Assembly (NCBI GenBank): GCA_023334545.1
Contig: JAADVB010000023.1
Span: forward strand, 59,671 to 123,670
Length of the DNA stretch: 64,000 bases
Origin: Salisapilia sapeloensis CBS 127946
Taxonomy: Eukaryota; Protista; Oomycota
Reading direction: 5' to 3'
The position numbers were made by a program, and so were the translations under genes. How positions within the stretch are numbered: the first letter of the stretch is position 1; each line of letters opens with the position of its first letter. Below are positions 24,396 to 38,187 of this stretch, piece by piece. Under the pieces are notes generated by a model. That model was not told where the DNA came from. It saw only the letters and a program-made list of their open reading frames with translations, and did no database searches.

Positions 24396-25280
24396 ATGGA
24401 GTCCTTGCATGCTTGGGTATCGGACTATGTGAAAGGTGACACCGTGAACTACAAAACTGAAGTAGAGATGAGTGGTTCGAAGTGGACGCTTCTGATCCGA
24501 TACTCAGTCTTCCGAGCCTTTTACTTCGATTTGTTAGCACAGCACAGCAACTTTGTCTTCGACTTTCCACCGAAGGGATTCTTCGTCAATCCTAGTCCGG
24601 AAGAGAGGCAGGAAACATTGTCCGCTTTCCTGCAGCACACCGTCAAGTTCATTCAGTCCTTACCAGAAGTCCCAGAAGCTACCGAGCTGCTCTTGGACGA
24701 TCTGCTGAAGATCTCCTCTCACGCTAATCAAGATGTGAAGCCTGTCGTTGAGGCTCCAGAAAGAGAGAATTTGCTTGCAAAAGAGGCGAATACAGCTTAT
24801 ACCGTCGACGTTCCTGTCAAGGAAGAGGATTCAGGTGATGCTGCAAATCAGAAGCATGACAAAGTGGATCAAAAGCCTGTCGATGAGGAACACGACATGG
24901 CGTATCCGGAGAAAAATACTGAAGTGGAGACAACAAAACACGAGCTAAGTCCGGAAGTAGAGCCTGTAGTCGCTGCTTCAACTGCCACGGAAGAGCAACA
25001 GAAGGCAGTGCCTCTTCCCGCTAAGCAAGAAGTACCCACTGCACAAAAAGACAAGAAGGAGTTGAAATCTGTATTAGCAGACACACCAAGTCGACCGCCA
25101 AAATCTAGCGGGCTGTCAGAGGCTCAGCGTCTGGCTCGTAATCGTCGTCGCAAAGCCAAGAGGAAGAAGAAGAGTAGCTTCAAATACGGAGGAGAAAAGG
25201 CGAATGCACCAGCGTCTACTAAATCGAGTGCAACGGTAGATAGCGACGAAGACCAGCGCGAAAGTGCTTTGCAAGCTTAA
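24396..25280 (+). CDS. PX (Phox) domain protein with acidic low-complexity middle and basic C-terminal stretch
   Basis: N-terminal WTLLIRYSVFRAFYFDL..FDFPPKGFF..EERQETLSAFLQ matches the PX RRYSxF / PxK / R motifs. Intact 294-aa ORF. Confidence 0.85.
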   Translation: MESLHAWVSDYVKGDTVNYKTEVEMSGSKWTLLIRYSVFRAFYFDLLAQHSNFVFDFPPKGFFVNPSPEERQETLSAFLQHTVKFIQSLPEVPEATELLLDDLLKISSHANQDVKPVVEAPERENLLAKEANTAYTVDVPVKEEDSGDAANQKHDKVDQKPVDEEHDMAYPEKNTEVETTKHELSPEVEPVVAASTATEEQQKAVPLPAKQEVPTAQKDKKELKSVLADTPSRPPKSSGLSEAQRLARNRRRKAKRKKKSSFKYGGEKANAPASTKSSATVDSDEDQRESALQA

Positions 25281-25471
25281 TGCCATATACTTTTTAGATC
25301 TAGTCGCTGTCGATACGCAAACACTGCACCAAATAACGATGGCAACGTTTTGCCTTTGCAATATATTGTCCTGCTATTCACTTCTACGCCTCCTCGCAAT
25401 CACTATACGCTTACCTTGGCATGGTTCGCAAAAGATTTCTGCTTTCGCTAGACTGTAACGTTCGTACCATG

Positions 25472-26838
25472 TCAAAGCAACATCGACAATTCGATCAAAT
25501 CGTTCCGCAATTCAAGACGGTCCTCGGACTACAGGTAATTAACGCCCATATTAGTTGCCAAAGTGTACTTTGTCTATACAATGAAGAACGTACTAAGGCC
25601 TGAAGTTCACCGCGAAGTTTGTTGATGTTGTGATCTTCTTTTTCAACCACCTGAATATGAGGCACTAGGACTGGCACTTTAATGACTTGTACTATGTCTT
25701 CTTTCTTCTCAAGTGCAAGCTGAGACGTCTCGAGTTTTTCTTCCAGCGCTTTAATCTGTTTGTCTTTAACCTCTAGCTGACGCTGATAGGACTGCTTGTC
25801 TTCGGCTAGTGACTGCTTTAAGTTTGCTACAAGAGCGCTTTTGGTATGGATCTGGGTTTCCAACCAGGTATTTCCATCCATGAGAGCTCCAACTTGCCCA
25901 CGCAGCTCTTCTATATCGGTGTTGTACTTTGTATTAAGAGTACGGAGCGTCTGCATCGCTTTGCTGTAATTTTTCTGTGTTGACTCCAATTCTAATTCAA
26001 GTTCTTGGATTCTGGAAGATGCTGATGGAACAATGGTAGACGGCGTCTCACTTACACTCGACCGACGCAATACTTTCTTAGGAGAACTGTAGCTATCAAC
26101 AACATACGTTTTTGGCTGTGGTATCTGCGGAACTAATTGATTACCAGCAGTACTACGTCCATCGTTTGTTGACGACATACTGGTCCCCTTCCTTGGAGAA
26201 GTAGGCACTTTTGTTGGCGAAGGTAGTGGTTGTGTGATCGCTTTGGACTCTTTGGGAAGCTCAGACGGCTGTAAATCCCGACGAAAGCTTCTGAACGTGC
26301 GCCGTACAGGAGAAGCAGACTGCTCTTGGCTTTCAGCTTTCAAAGCTGAATCATCTTCGCAATCCTCCGGAGGTTCAATGACATTGTAGATCTAGCCGAG
26401 ATCAATGCGATTAGATATATCTTAATTTGTCCTGTGCAGTATTGGGCTGTGATAAATTCACAGACGCTTACTTCTTTACGACGAACAAATACGCCGTGTT
26501 TGACGGGGCAGGAAAAGTACCTTGTCTTTTCAAATATACCATCACAGACGCCTGACGCTTCATCCAGCGCAACACCGTACCATTCACCCCCTAATGATAC
26601 ACGATTCACATAATTAGTTGTTGCTCCCTGAGAAACTGAGTATGCACAAATCTAGAAGCGACATACCTGCATTCTTTAGCTTGCCGACGTATTGGACAAT
26701 ACCACAGCGCCTGTGTGACAACATGACTCGAGTTCCGACTGGAATAGTGGCGATGACACTAGCACCAGCTAGTCCCGCTGATGAAGTGACTACGCTGGCA
26801 GAGCGCATGCGTGATTTAGTAGGCGAAGTCGATGCCAT
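25472..26838 (-). CDS. CAP-Gly domain protein with C-terminal coiled coil; 4 exons
   Basis: Introns at 26666-26591, 26471-26392 and 25593-25529 are all GT..AG and frame-preserving. They give GIVQYVGKL..GGEWYGVALDEASGVCDG..RYFSCPVKHGVFV (CAP-Gly), a Ser/Pro/Thr-rich linker, a coiled coil and ..ELSMLL*. Confidence 0.85.
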
Positions 26839-29075
26839 TTATTAAGGCTGAATTCCACACGTGTGCTTTGCTGTTCTTTTTGTTGCTATACTTTCGGCCT
26901 CGCGCGATTCATATGCAGTGGAAAGTCCGGCCACGGATTCAGGTTACCATACGATAGCGACGTAGCAAGTATGGGCCTCAAGTCCTGATTCGGCGGTAAA
27001 GCAGGCTTTTGGAATTGAAGATAAGAACAAAGGACCAAGTTTGCATTTCCGGTTAAAAATAGGGATCGAATATTTTCGAGGTAGAGTAGTTTCTTTTCAT
27101 TCATAGAGGTTTGCAGTTGATGATGACCGCCTCTTTTAGTTGTACTCGGCACGATGGATGTGCCTAAGTAGCTATATAGCTAAACTCGCGCTTGTAAGCG
27201 GCTACAACTACACTTGACTCGGACCTAAATGCATGCTTGACAAAAAATATCTCTAATTGATTATATCGATAGACATAGCTTTTGGCGGTTCATTGTACAA
27301 ACCAAGCCTAGTGCTACAGCCAGAAAGCCAGATACATTCCTTTACTGGTTAAGTGTGCGATGAAGATCAAGACATTGAAACGAAACAAAATTAAATCGAG
27401 GTAGTGATCATAGCACCCGAAAATAATTTGCGAATCGAGGACTTCACAGTGTCCACCCAGAGCTTTCGTCTTGAAAAAGGTATTAAGACGATTCTCTGCA
27501 CCGTTGTTGAGACGTTAGCTCGAGCTAACATATTGGAAGAAGGAAATTCTGGTAAAGATTTATTCAGTTGAACTCGAAATCTTGATTTGAACGCAGTGAA
27601 TCCATTTGAGAATGATGCCGGCAGCAAGATGTGAGACCGTAGTCACTTGTCAAATGCACATTTCTCCTCGAAGCAGAAATTGTATGAAAAGTCGAAGCGA
27701 AGAAGATGATAGGAAGAAAAGAAGCACACAAGGTGCATCCAAAGATATACATAAATGAGCAAAGCAAATATGACAATATGTGATCCTTATTGCATGTAGC
27801 ACCATCGTCTTGGACCTCGTACATAATACATGGCCAAGTAGACCACTTTGTTTGCTTGTAGCGCTTGAAGCGAGTGTAATCCCACAGAGAGGACCTGAAG
27901 AGATGTAAATTTCGCCACACTACGTTGCGATTGATGTTGAAGTTGACCTTGTCAATTCAATCAGCTGTGTCGTTTCTGATAGATAGGTCGGAGCAATTAA
28001 GTCAGCTTAAACAATTTTTTAACATTGATCTCAGCTTCGAAACCAGTTTTGCTCGAAGCATAATTTTAGTACAAGTTGGGGCATGGTAGTTGAGGAGAGA
28101 TGGCAGTAAGCCTTCTCCATTCGCGGAATCCACCGGGTAATGATAGTCTAGTAGCCGATACGACCATTCACTTGACAGCTTACTTGTGAAACATGGAAAT
28201 TTCGGAGCAGTGGCAGCGAACGAGCATGGAAACTAGATGTGAGACCAAACGCGTAGTATTGAAAAAGCTTGTTGGACGAGGAGAGAGAGCGGAGAAATGC
28301 AGGTAGACGTTGGCGGCGTCTGTCCAAATGAAGCGACATTTTTCGGGACGTTTAGGGTTCGGTCGACTTCCACGGTGGAAACCCCAGAAAAAAGAGACAA
28401 TATCGTTGTACCCGTGCTAAGATGGTTGGTAGGCTTTGCAAGCTACTGCATGAATCGATAAGCATATCTGATTAAATTGCGCTAAGATTTGGACTATTGT
28501 GCAGTACAATGACGACTTGGAAGCAACGCTTGAATTCGCCACTTTCGACCTACTGGTTTTACCACTCGTCAACTGTGTACCTTCCACTTGGAAGTCCTTT
28601 TTCATAAAAGACAGGAAATGGACGCTGGATGACCGCTACAAGGAAAGGGCAGCGTGGATGTATCAAATGGATGTCCGTCCAATGCCTTTTTCACTATCGC
28701 GTGCGTAAAGCTGTCGCTCTTTGCTCGGTATCTTGGAGTCCGCAAAGTTGCCGCTGCTTTCGTCCTACAGCTCCCTCCCAAAGCTAGATCTGTCCAACCA
28801 TAATTGAAAAAACATAAAAATTCTCCTACGCTTTCACCTGTCCCCATTATATCAGTAGCGAAGACACTGGAACAGCTACTTTCTCGCGAACAACTAGACT
28901 TATATCTTTGAGCATATTGCCTAGCTTCACCGTCTTTGTTGTCCATCCCGGTATCTTACTATCAGGGAGAGTGAAGAAGTTGGTTCGAGTCAAGGAAGCG
29001 ATTTAACTGGCTCGAGGTGTCCTTCGTCCAACGACGATTTCATACTTGCACGAGAAACCTTCTCAAGCAAAAATC

Positions 29076-31037
29076 ATGCACCACCCATACTCGCCGTCCC
29101 AGCGCCTAGTACGTCCTCGCACCGATCAGTACGAGGAACCACCGTCGGACGTAGACGCGGTCGAGTACAGTCGGCGACATTACGTGCCTGCCGGCTACGC
29201 TCGGAATGTCGCTCGGTCACTCCAGCCGGTCCACCACTATTCCGGCCACACTCCTCGCTCTTACGGAGCGTACGACCGTCCGTTCGACGCCGATACCTAC
29301 CGTACGTTGCCTTATTTTGGTATATTTATCCGCCATTTCCAGCACTGGATCGATTCCCAGTCCAACATTCTTGCGGACTTTGATAAAACAGACTAAAAGC
29401 TGCATAATCTTCCTCCAATAGCACTGAAAATTTGACCCCCACTAACGATCTATTGCTGTGTAGAAATGATGGAGAACGAGAGAGGTTTAGTTCCGGACGA
29501 GCGAGATATAGCTCTGGACGAACGCTACGATCGCGCATCCATCGGAAACGAAGAGGACATGATGGAACACCAGATGTATTCAGGAACGCCCTTGTACATG
29601 CGAAACATGTCAAATCCTACTTCCATCACGCAAAACGACACGTACGGTGCTCGGCCGACCTCGTACATGGGGTCGAGCACCGACCATAGCTCGTACGACT
29701 CGAGCCGGCAGGCTCGGAGTATCCCTGCGCCTGCCGTCTACAAGTCAGACTATGACCGTCATCAGCTTTTGCGAGAGAGACTTGAAAGGAAAATAGGAAG
29801 GCGAATAGAAGAACGGGCGAGTGCCCCCATGGACACTGCGTCACGGCAGAGCGCGTGGATGAACGAGCACGAGTACGAGGACCGACGGGCGGTCCCTCCT
29901 GTCTACGTGCCTCGATCAGAGCCTGCTGGTCTACAAAGATCCTATGGCCTGTATAGAGAGGGGGCGGATCACTTTAGTAATGTAAGCAGGTGCAGCACTC
30001 CGCGTTCACAATACGATGATCCGTATGCGTCGATAGTGCACGAGCAGCGTGCAGGAGACAGTAGGTGGCGTACGAATCGAGAAGCGCTGATCGGCAACAG
30101 TCTCTCTTCTTATTCAGGCAATACGTATCGTCCAGTGAGCAAAGAGGACGCAATTGCGAGCCACGACATAGAAGGGAGGAAGGAAGAGGTGGCGGAGGAG
30201 AAAGCTCCTGCGCCGAGATCGTCGGTCGAGCCGAGCTCAACGGACCGTAGCAGCAGTCTACAGGAAGTTTCAGGGTCAGACTCGCTTCGGAATGACTCGG
30301 GTTGGAACATCACGAATGCGGACGACGGGGTGGATACTAACGGCAGGAAGTGTGGTCGAAAGAGTATGAATTACAGCTCTGCGGAGAAGCGAGAGCGCAA
30401 TCGAGCTGCCGTCAAGAAGTGCCGGGCGAGACAGGCTCTCAAATACAATTACCTGCAACAGAAAGCGGAGGCTCTAGAAGCGGAGAACAAGAATTTGACT
30501 GCATTGATGGAGTCGAACGAGACGCTGAGTAGTGAGAAGCAGTTGGGTCTGCGCCGAGGGATCCAGATGGATATTCTGCTCAAGATCAAGGAGATTTTCA
30601 CGCAGAGTCTGCCGAAAGACTTTGCGCTGGATGCCGACGCGATCTGGGACCTGAACTCGGTGTTGGCAGTGTCGATGCCGTCGCGGTGCTACTACGGCAT
30701 CGAGAGCATCAAGGAATTTTGGCGGACGTCGCTGCGCATGCGGAACAAGGGCAAGATCCGATCCTTTTGGGCCTGGCTGTTCCGACTGCCGCCTGGCGAC
30801 CGCTTCCACGAGTTTGAGATCGAGCCATTCTCGCCCACTTCGAACCTTTACTTTATGTCGTGGACGACCAAGTCGAACCCACCGCTGAAAGGCTCGATCG
30901 TCATACTCTTCGGCCAGAGCCATCGAGTGACGCTCCACGTCGAGTGCTTCGGGTGGCTCATTTGGCGCTACCTCCTTACGAACACGCCGTTCCCAGAGCA
31001 GAGCAACCAGCCACCGCCGGCAGGGCAGCGTGCATAA
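29076..31037 (+). CDS. bZIP transcription factor with long disordered N-terminus and C-terminal folded domain; 2 exons
   Basis: ATG at 29076. An intron at 29302-29463 (GTACGT..CTAAC..TAG) is in frame with ORF 29466-31037. Basic region KRERNRAAVKKCRARQ (N-x7-R) is followed by the zipper LQQKAEALEAENKNL. Confidence 0.85.
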
Positions 31038-32212
31038 GCAAGTAGAACAATTGAACACTTTTCGGAATGAAACTTGGTGGAATGGATTGGACACTCTGTT
31101 TACCCAGCTGCAAGAGGCCTTGGAGGTGCCTTTTCAAGGATTGAAATGAACGATTGGCATTGTGACTATGGGACACTGTACGAATTTCTTGTCTAGTCTA
31201 TCACTACGAGTATCAGGAAAGCTAGTAGCTCGTAGCCTTGGAGATACTGCAGTCTATATCGGTGGACACTCCCTTGGATAGTCTTTGCTAAATTATAAGC
31301 TCAGTGCTAGTAATTTACCACCCGAACCGAAATGGTGTGGACTGGTGTATAAATATATGGGTAGGACTCTGACACCCTTTAACGGCCTTTCAAACCCGTG
31401 TCTTGCACAAGAGAGCCTATTTCTCTACTTGCCTTTCTCGCTGAAGTGGACTAAAGATCGCATGGGTCACTAGAACGCGTGGATGACCGTTGACGCCTCA
31501 GCGGGATCGTCGATCTCGTAAAATTTGTAGAATCGACGACACGTGGCCCAAAATAATTGCGAAAGTTAGTGAAAACTAAAGTTAAGAGAATCTTTGATGG
31601 AAGTGCATTCGCTAACAGTACGGTCCAAACGATCACTGGTGGCATCTATCGCTAGATTCCGCTAGCTATCCAGAGCCTAGCCTCGAATAATTTGGTCTGA
31701 AGGAAGCCGGTCGAAACTGTCCTTTTTGTCCGAATAGGATTGATTCAAGCCATATGTCCTAGAAATCGGGTACCTTTCGACGGTAATCCAGCACTTTTAT
31801 GCGCGTTTTAGACCAAAGCCACGGATCGACGACGTGATCGATAGACGATCAAATGGGCATGCCGACGATCTTATCCATCAAGTCCAACAGCATTTAATTG
31901 CTACGTTTGCCCATGACCACCTGCATGTGCCGACGGTATCTTGGCATAGAGTAGCGGCGTTTTCGCTATATAAGGTTCGGGTATTCCTCGCGGCACTCCA
32001 TCGTCAATCGTTCTTTGACACGGATATTTTGCCCGGCGCCACTCATTGGGCCGTTCGGTCGTATTTTTCCCAGAGAATTGACACTTTTAGAGCAATTGCA
32101 CGAACCAAAGGGCGTCGGAGGATCAGGACCAGAGTCCATTGCCCGAAGCGAGAGCTAGCGACCCCACCAGCACACTTTCCCATAGTCGACGTCTTTCTCT
32201 GTCCTCGATAGA

Positions 32213-33537
32213 ATGGACTCGGACTACTCGCTCCAGACCGACGGACCAGACGCCAAGAACGGCCATGCATCTACTGGAGACACGTCCATTCGGTTTGATA
32301 ACGCCGGCGGGCCGGCGTCCAAGACGAATCGCCTGGTCGACCGAGAAGATGTCCAGTTCCTGCGCTCCAAAGGCCGATGGAAGTACGTGTTTCTGCCACA
32401 TGTGCACTCAAAGGATAAAGTAATGAATAACGTCTGTGTCTCTTGTTCACATGCAGCATCAAGCGACAGAAGGTGCCGCAGTACTGGCGATTGTACTTGC
32501 AAGATCCGTTCCACAGTCTCGTCAACATGCGCTTGAGCAAAGTTATTCTCGCTCTCCTCCTCCTTGTACGTCCGTCTCTCGCATATATAGTAGGCTCGTG
32601 TGCTTATCTAGACCGATAGTACGTCGTCGTACTCTGCTTCTTCGCCGCGTTGTACACGACCGTCCAGAAGCGCTGTGATGCCGGCATCGACTCGTACTTT
32701 GACGGATTCGCCTTCTCCGTCTCGGTCTTCTTCACCATTGGTTTCGGTACCGGCGGAGACGACGTCTTCTTCCACGAGTGCGCGTGGGTGCAGACAATCA
32801 TTACGGTTGAGTCGCTCATGGGCGTCCTCATGGATGCGCTTGCCTTTGGCGTCGTCTTCCAGCGAGTCTCGAGAGCCCAGGGCCGAGCCAACACGGTCGT
32901 CATGAGCAACAAGGCGTGCGTCCGACGACACCAGAACGACCTCTACTTTACCTTTCAGACGTGCGAGATGCGCAAGCATCAGCTCGTCGAGGCACACGTC
33001 CGCGTCTACGTCATCCGGCACGACCTGGCGTTCGGACCGCAGTACTACTTTCAGTCATATCCCATGCGTCTCCAGCACCCGGACGACGAGCTAGGCGGCA
33101 TGCTGCTTTTGGCCCTGCCTTCCCTCGTGGTCCACCGCATGGACACGTCCAGTCCGTTGATGCCGATTGCAGAGAACTGTCCGGTGCATCCGAATCCGAC
33201 GGTCGGGTACTTGTACCCGGACAGGGACCAGAACCATGACAGCCACTGCATCTGCGACTCGGACGGCAAGGCGTGGAAGAGCGAGCAGGAGCTGCGCGCC
33301 TTCTGGGAAGAAGCTCAGGTGGAAGTCGCGGTTTTGATCGAAGGCATCGACGCCGTGACGTCGGCGTCCATCCAGGTCCGCCACTCGTACAAGTCGGAGG
33401 ACATTCTGTTCGACCGCCGCTTTGCCAGCTGTGTGAGCGTGGACAAGACGACGGGTGGCGCCATCGTGGACTTTACCAAGTTCCACGACACGGAGGAGCT
33501 GGAGGCGTCCTGTGCCAAGGTCAACGGACGCGCATAA
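32213..33537 (+). CDS. Inward-rectifier (Kir/IRK-family) potassium channel; 3 exons
   Basis: Introns at 32383-32456 and 32566-32619 restore YLQDPFHSLVNMR followed by M1. Filter TIGFG; flanking Cys pair; M2 ESLMGVLMDAL. The cytoplasmic domain has HQLVEAHVR, PSLVVHRMDTSSPL and EVAVLIEGID..QVRHSY. Confidence 0.92.
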
Positions 33538-33583
33538 CAGATCGGTCTCACGATTCCTTTCATTAAAAATATAGCTCCTGTTC

Positions 33584-34486
33584 CTACCACCCATACTTGG
33601 CGTGCGTCTCGGCCTTGGTCTTCATGTTCCGACCCTTTTGCTCCAGCAGATCCTGCTCCATGCTCTTCGCATCGAACGCCAGTTGGTTCAGCTGATGCTT
33701 CTGACGCTGCAGACGACTCGGCTTGCCTGTGGACACTTTCATGCCGGCGCGAGCGTTCCAAAAACTAGCGCTTACATGCACTTCCTGGTCGCGTTTCAGC
33801 TCCCCCGTGGCGTCCACCGGGGCTTCCCACGCATGCGCATCTGGACCTTGGATTTCCACGACGCGATCGGCGACGGCGTTAAAGTTCCCTTGTAGCAACT
33901 GTCGTTCAATCTCTCTTTCCCTTTTCTTTGCACGCTTCGAACTAGACTCTTCCTCTTCCTCGTAGACTGGTAGCGGCGGAGGATCGTAGGTCGGATGCAT
34001 GTATTCCGGTGGTGGAGGCTGCTCTACTGCAGTGCTTTTGTCCACTGGACGCTGTGGTGGATTTGGTGGGGCCATCTCGTGCTTTGGAGCTGGAAGAAAC
34101 GGAAGTGTAGTGGACTGAGGAGCGGCCGTAGGCGCTTGCAAAGGTTTTGGCTCTCCTCGCAGTCGCTTATTCTGGGCTAAGAGCGAGACGGAGGACGGCA
34201 TCTCGTTCGGATCTTCCGCAGCATACGACTGATCGTCGTCGGAGTCTGAGTCGAACTTGGTAGACGCTCCAGATTCTAGCAACTTTTGAATATCCGGTGG
34301 CAAGTGCAGCGTCGTTCGCTTCATCTTCCGCTTCCGTCTTTTGGGGGGCGATGAAGTCGTGTCTGCTACATCCTCTTCTTCTTTCGTAGTAGTAGTGGTA
34401 GGTTCAGCTACTGGAGCATTGTCTGCAGGAGTATCTTCTGGCTCACTGTCGGATGCACTCGAGTAGTCTGGCAATAGCGACGCCAT
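33584..34486 (-). CDS. PRCC: PRCC-like proline-rich (spliceosome-associated) protein
   Basis: Pro-rich body. The C-terminal PSRLQRQKHQLNQLAFDAK..MKTKAETHAKYGW is typical of the PRCC C-terminal domain. Confidence 0.8.
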   Translation of the reverse strand: MASLLPDYSSASDSEPEDTPADNAPVAEPTTTTTKEEEDVADTTSSPPKRRKRKMKRTTLHLPPDIQKLLESGASTKFDSDSDDDQSYAAEDPNEMPSSVSLLAQNKRLRGEPKPLQAPTAAPQSTTLPFLPAPKHEMAPPNPPQRPVDKSTAVEQPPPPEYMHPTYDPPPLPVYEEEEESSSKRAKKREREIERQLLQGNFNAVADRVVEIQGPDAHAWEAPVDATGELKRDQEVHVSASFWNARAGMKVSTGKPSRLQRQKHQLNQLAFDAKSMEQDLLEQKGRNMKTKAETHAKYGW

Positions 34487-34691
34487 GATCTCTTCTAACT
34501 CTTCTGCTCAATACTTTCTCGCCGCTTCCGATATTCAATTTGCTCCAATCGTGCATCCACATCATACTTTTCCACCAATCCCCATCTTCTGCACCAGCTT
34601 CAATATATCCCACAAAACCGCCGTCTTTCACCTACGTTATAGCCCAGGCGTTCATTCGAGTGTCTATTTACTGAGACGCAACAGCAGCTGA

Positions 34692-36596
<1,905 letters not shown>

Positions 36597-36629
36597 TTAC
36601 CTCTAACACGATGCCTTTTGCGAGTCAGT

Positions 36630-38147
36630 CTATTCCTTTGCATTTAAATCAAGCGCTTCTACGTCTTTCTCTAGCTTTTCCTTCTCATGCGCATTCTCCT
36701 GCTGCCCGTCCGCCGTCGCCTGCATGCTGCTCACCAGATACTCCTCGTCCTGCTCCTCCATGTACTCGGTGGAGAAGTCCGCAAAGTCCGCCTGCAGTTT
36801 GGCTTCCTCCGCCTTGCTCATCTTGCCTCTGCGTTCCGCCTGGAGCGTCTTCAGCTGCCTCTCTCGCTTCTTCTTGTTCGCCCGCGCCTCCTTCGGAATC
36901 ACCTTCCGGACAAGGATAATGTCCGGAAGCTCCGACCGTTCTAAAAGACGCAGATGGTTGGTGCTGATATTGGACGTCGTCATGTCATACCCTTTGACGC
37001 TGTCTCCAGACGACAGCAGGCCGCCGAGGTGACTGCGGACGATGAACGTCGTATCATTCACGCCAAAGTCGCTCTCTCGCGCGACCTCAATGTCTGCCAC
37101 TGTGAATTTAGGTGATGGCTGGTCGTCCAGAGGTTCCACGTCGAGCACAAAGAACTCGGACAGGTGAGGAGATGTCTCCAGCGGCTCAAAGTAGTTGCTC
37201 CAGAAGCGGTCGCTCGACAGCTCGGCCTTGGCGCCAGACATTGGGTCCACGAGGTGGATGAGTGACGTCGTGCGGGAGCAGAGCACCAAGGGAGAAATGT
37301 TTCTGCAGGCGTTTGCTACCTTCTTGGGCAGAATGAGTAGATCGTCCTTGCAGACGGAGGCCACTTCCACTGACAACGTCGTCTGGAGGTTGGCCGATCC
37401 CTGTGACTTGTCCTCGGAGATGAGTTTCGTCGAGTGCTTCGACCGGATGGGGGCACAGGAGCCTAGGAACTGCACGAATCGATCGGCGACGGATCTCGTG
37501 CCAAAGTAAAAGTCCATTCCGTCCTTGACTGTCTGGATGCCGATCGCATGCGAGTGCGCGTCGTGCTTGAGAATCTCCTGCTCTAGTCGGAACATCGTTC
37601 TCTTGTGGGAAGTCTATTCGAGTGAATTAGTACGGAAGATCAATCTCATTTATATGCATGACGAGCGGACCTTTTGGCGGACCTGAACGAGCGCTCGCCA
37701 AGTATGGTCGTGATACTGCTTGGTGCAGTCTGGGCACTTGGCGTTGTTCACGACGAACGTGACGACGCAAGTATTCTGGACGCTCGCGTGTGCCGCAGCC
37801 ACTTCTCGTTGGAGCGTGAGCTTGACCTTGATGCGCTTCGAGTGCGGCTCGGTCCAGACGAAGGCGGCGTCCACGAGCTTGGCCTTGTTCAGTCCGTGGA
37901 CGTGTTTCAGGCACAGCGCCATGAGCTCTGCCGACTCCCACTCGCAATAGAGCCAGGCGCTTCCGTAGCTAGATGTGCCCTGGCCTTTGCCTTTGGGTGC
38001 GTATCGCAAGCAGCCTTTGCATTGATACATTTCGTTCGTGAGCTCAATGCCGTCGCTGACGTCGACCTCGGCGGCGACGCACGAGGCGCACATGTTCATG
38101 GCATTCGACTCGATTTGCACGCCGCATACGCAGCAGAGGATGGCCAT
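36630..38147 (-). CDS. NMD3: 60S ribosomal export adaptor NMD3; 2 exons
   Basis: Zinc motifs CCVCG, CASC, CKGC and CPDC; WESAELMALCLK; LVDAAFVWTEPHSKRIKV. An intron at 37670-37614 joins VQVRQK to TSHKRTMFRLEQEILKH. Confidence 0.95.
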
Positions 38148-38171
38148 CGTTATTGAGTTCGGAAGAAGATG

Positions 38172-38187
38172 GAGAAATGAAGAATGG
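38172..38187 (-). promoter_or_regulatory. Oomycete INR+FPR-type core promoter of NMD3
   Basis: The minus strand reads CCATTCTTCATTTCTC. This matches the INR (YCAYTYY) plus flanking CAWTTY element and lies 24 nt upstream of the NMD3 ATG. Confidence 0.65.

Noticed and set aside
28351-28357. TTTAGGG telomere-like heptamer (similar TTAGGG at 20216)
   Set aside because: Single isolated copies, expected by chance.
26886-28946. Several short ORFs between the CAP-Gly and bZIP genes
   Set aside because: No recognisable motifs or consistent exon structure on either strand.
31806-31820. TTTTAGACCAAAGCC, 13/15 match to the Harbinger TIR
   Set aside because: No convincing partner TIR or TSD nearby.
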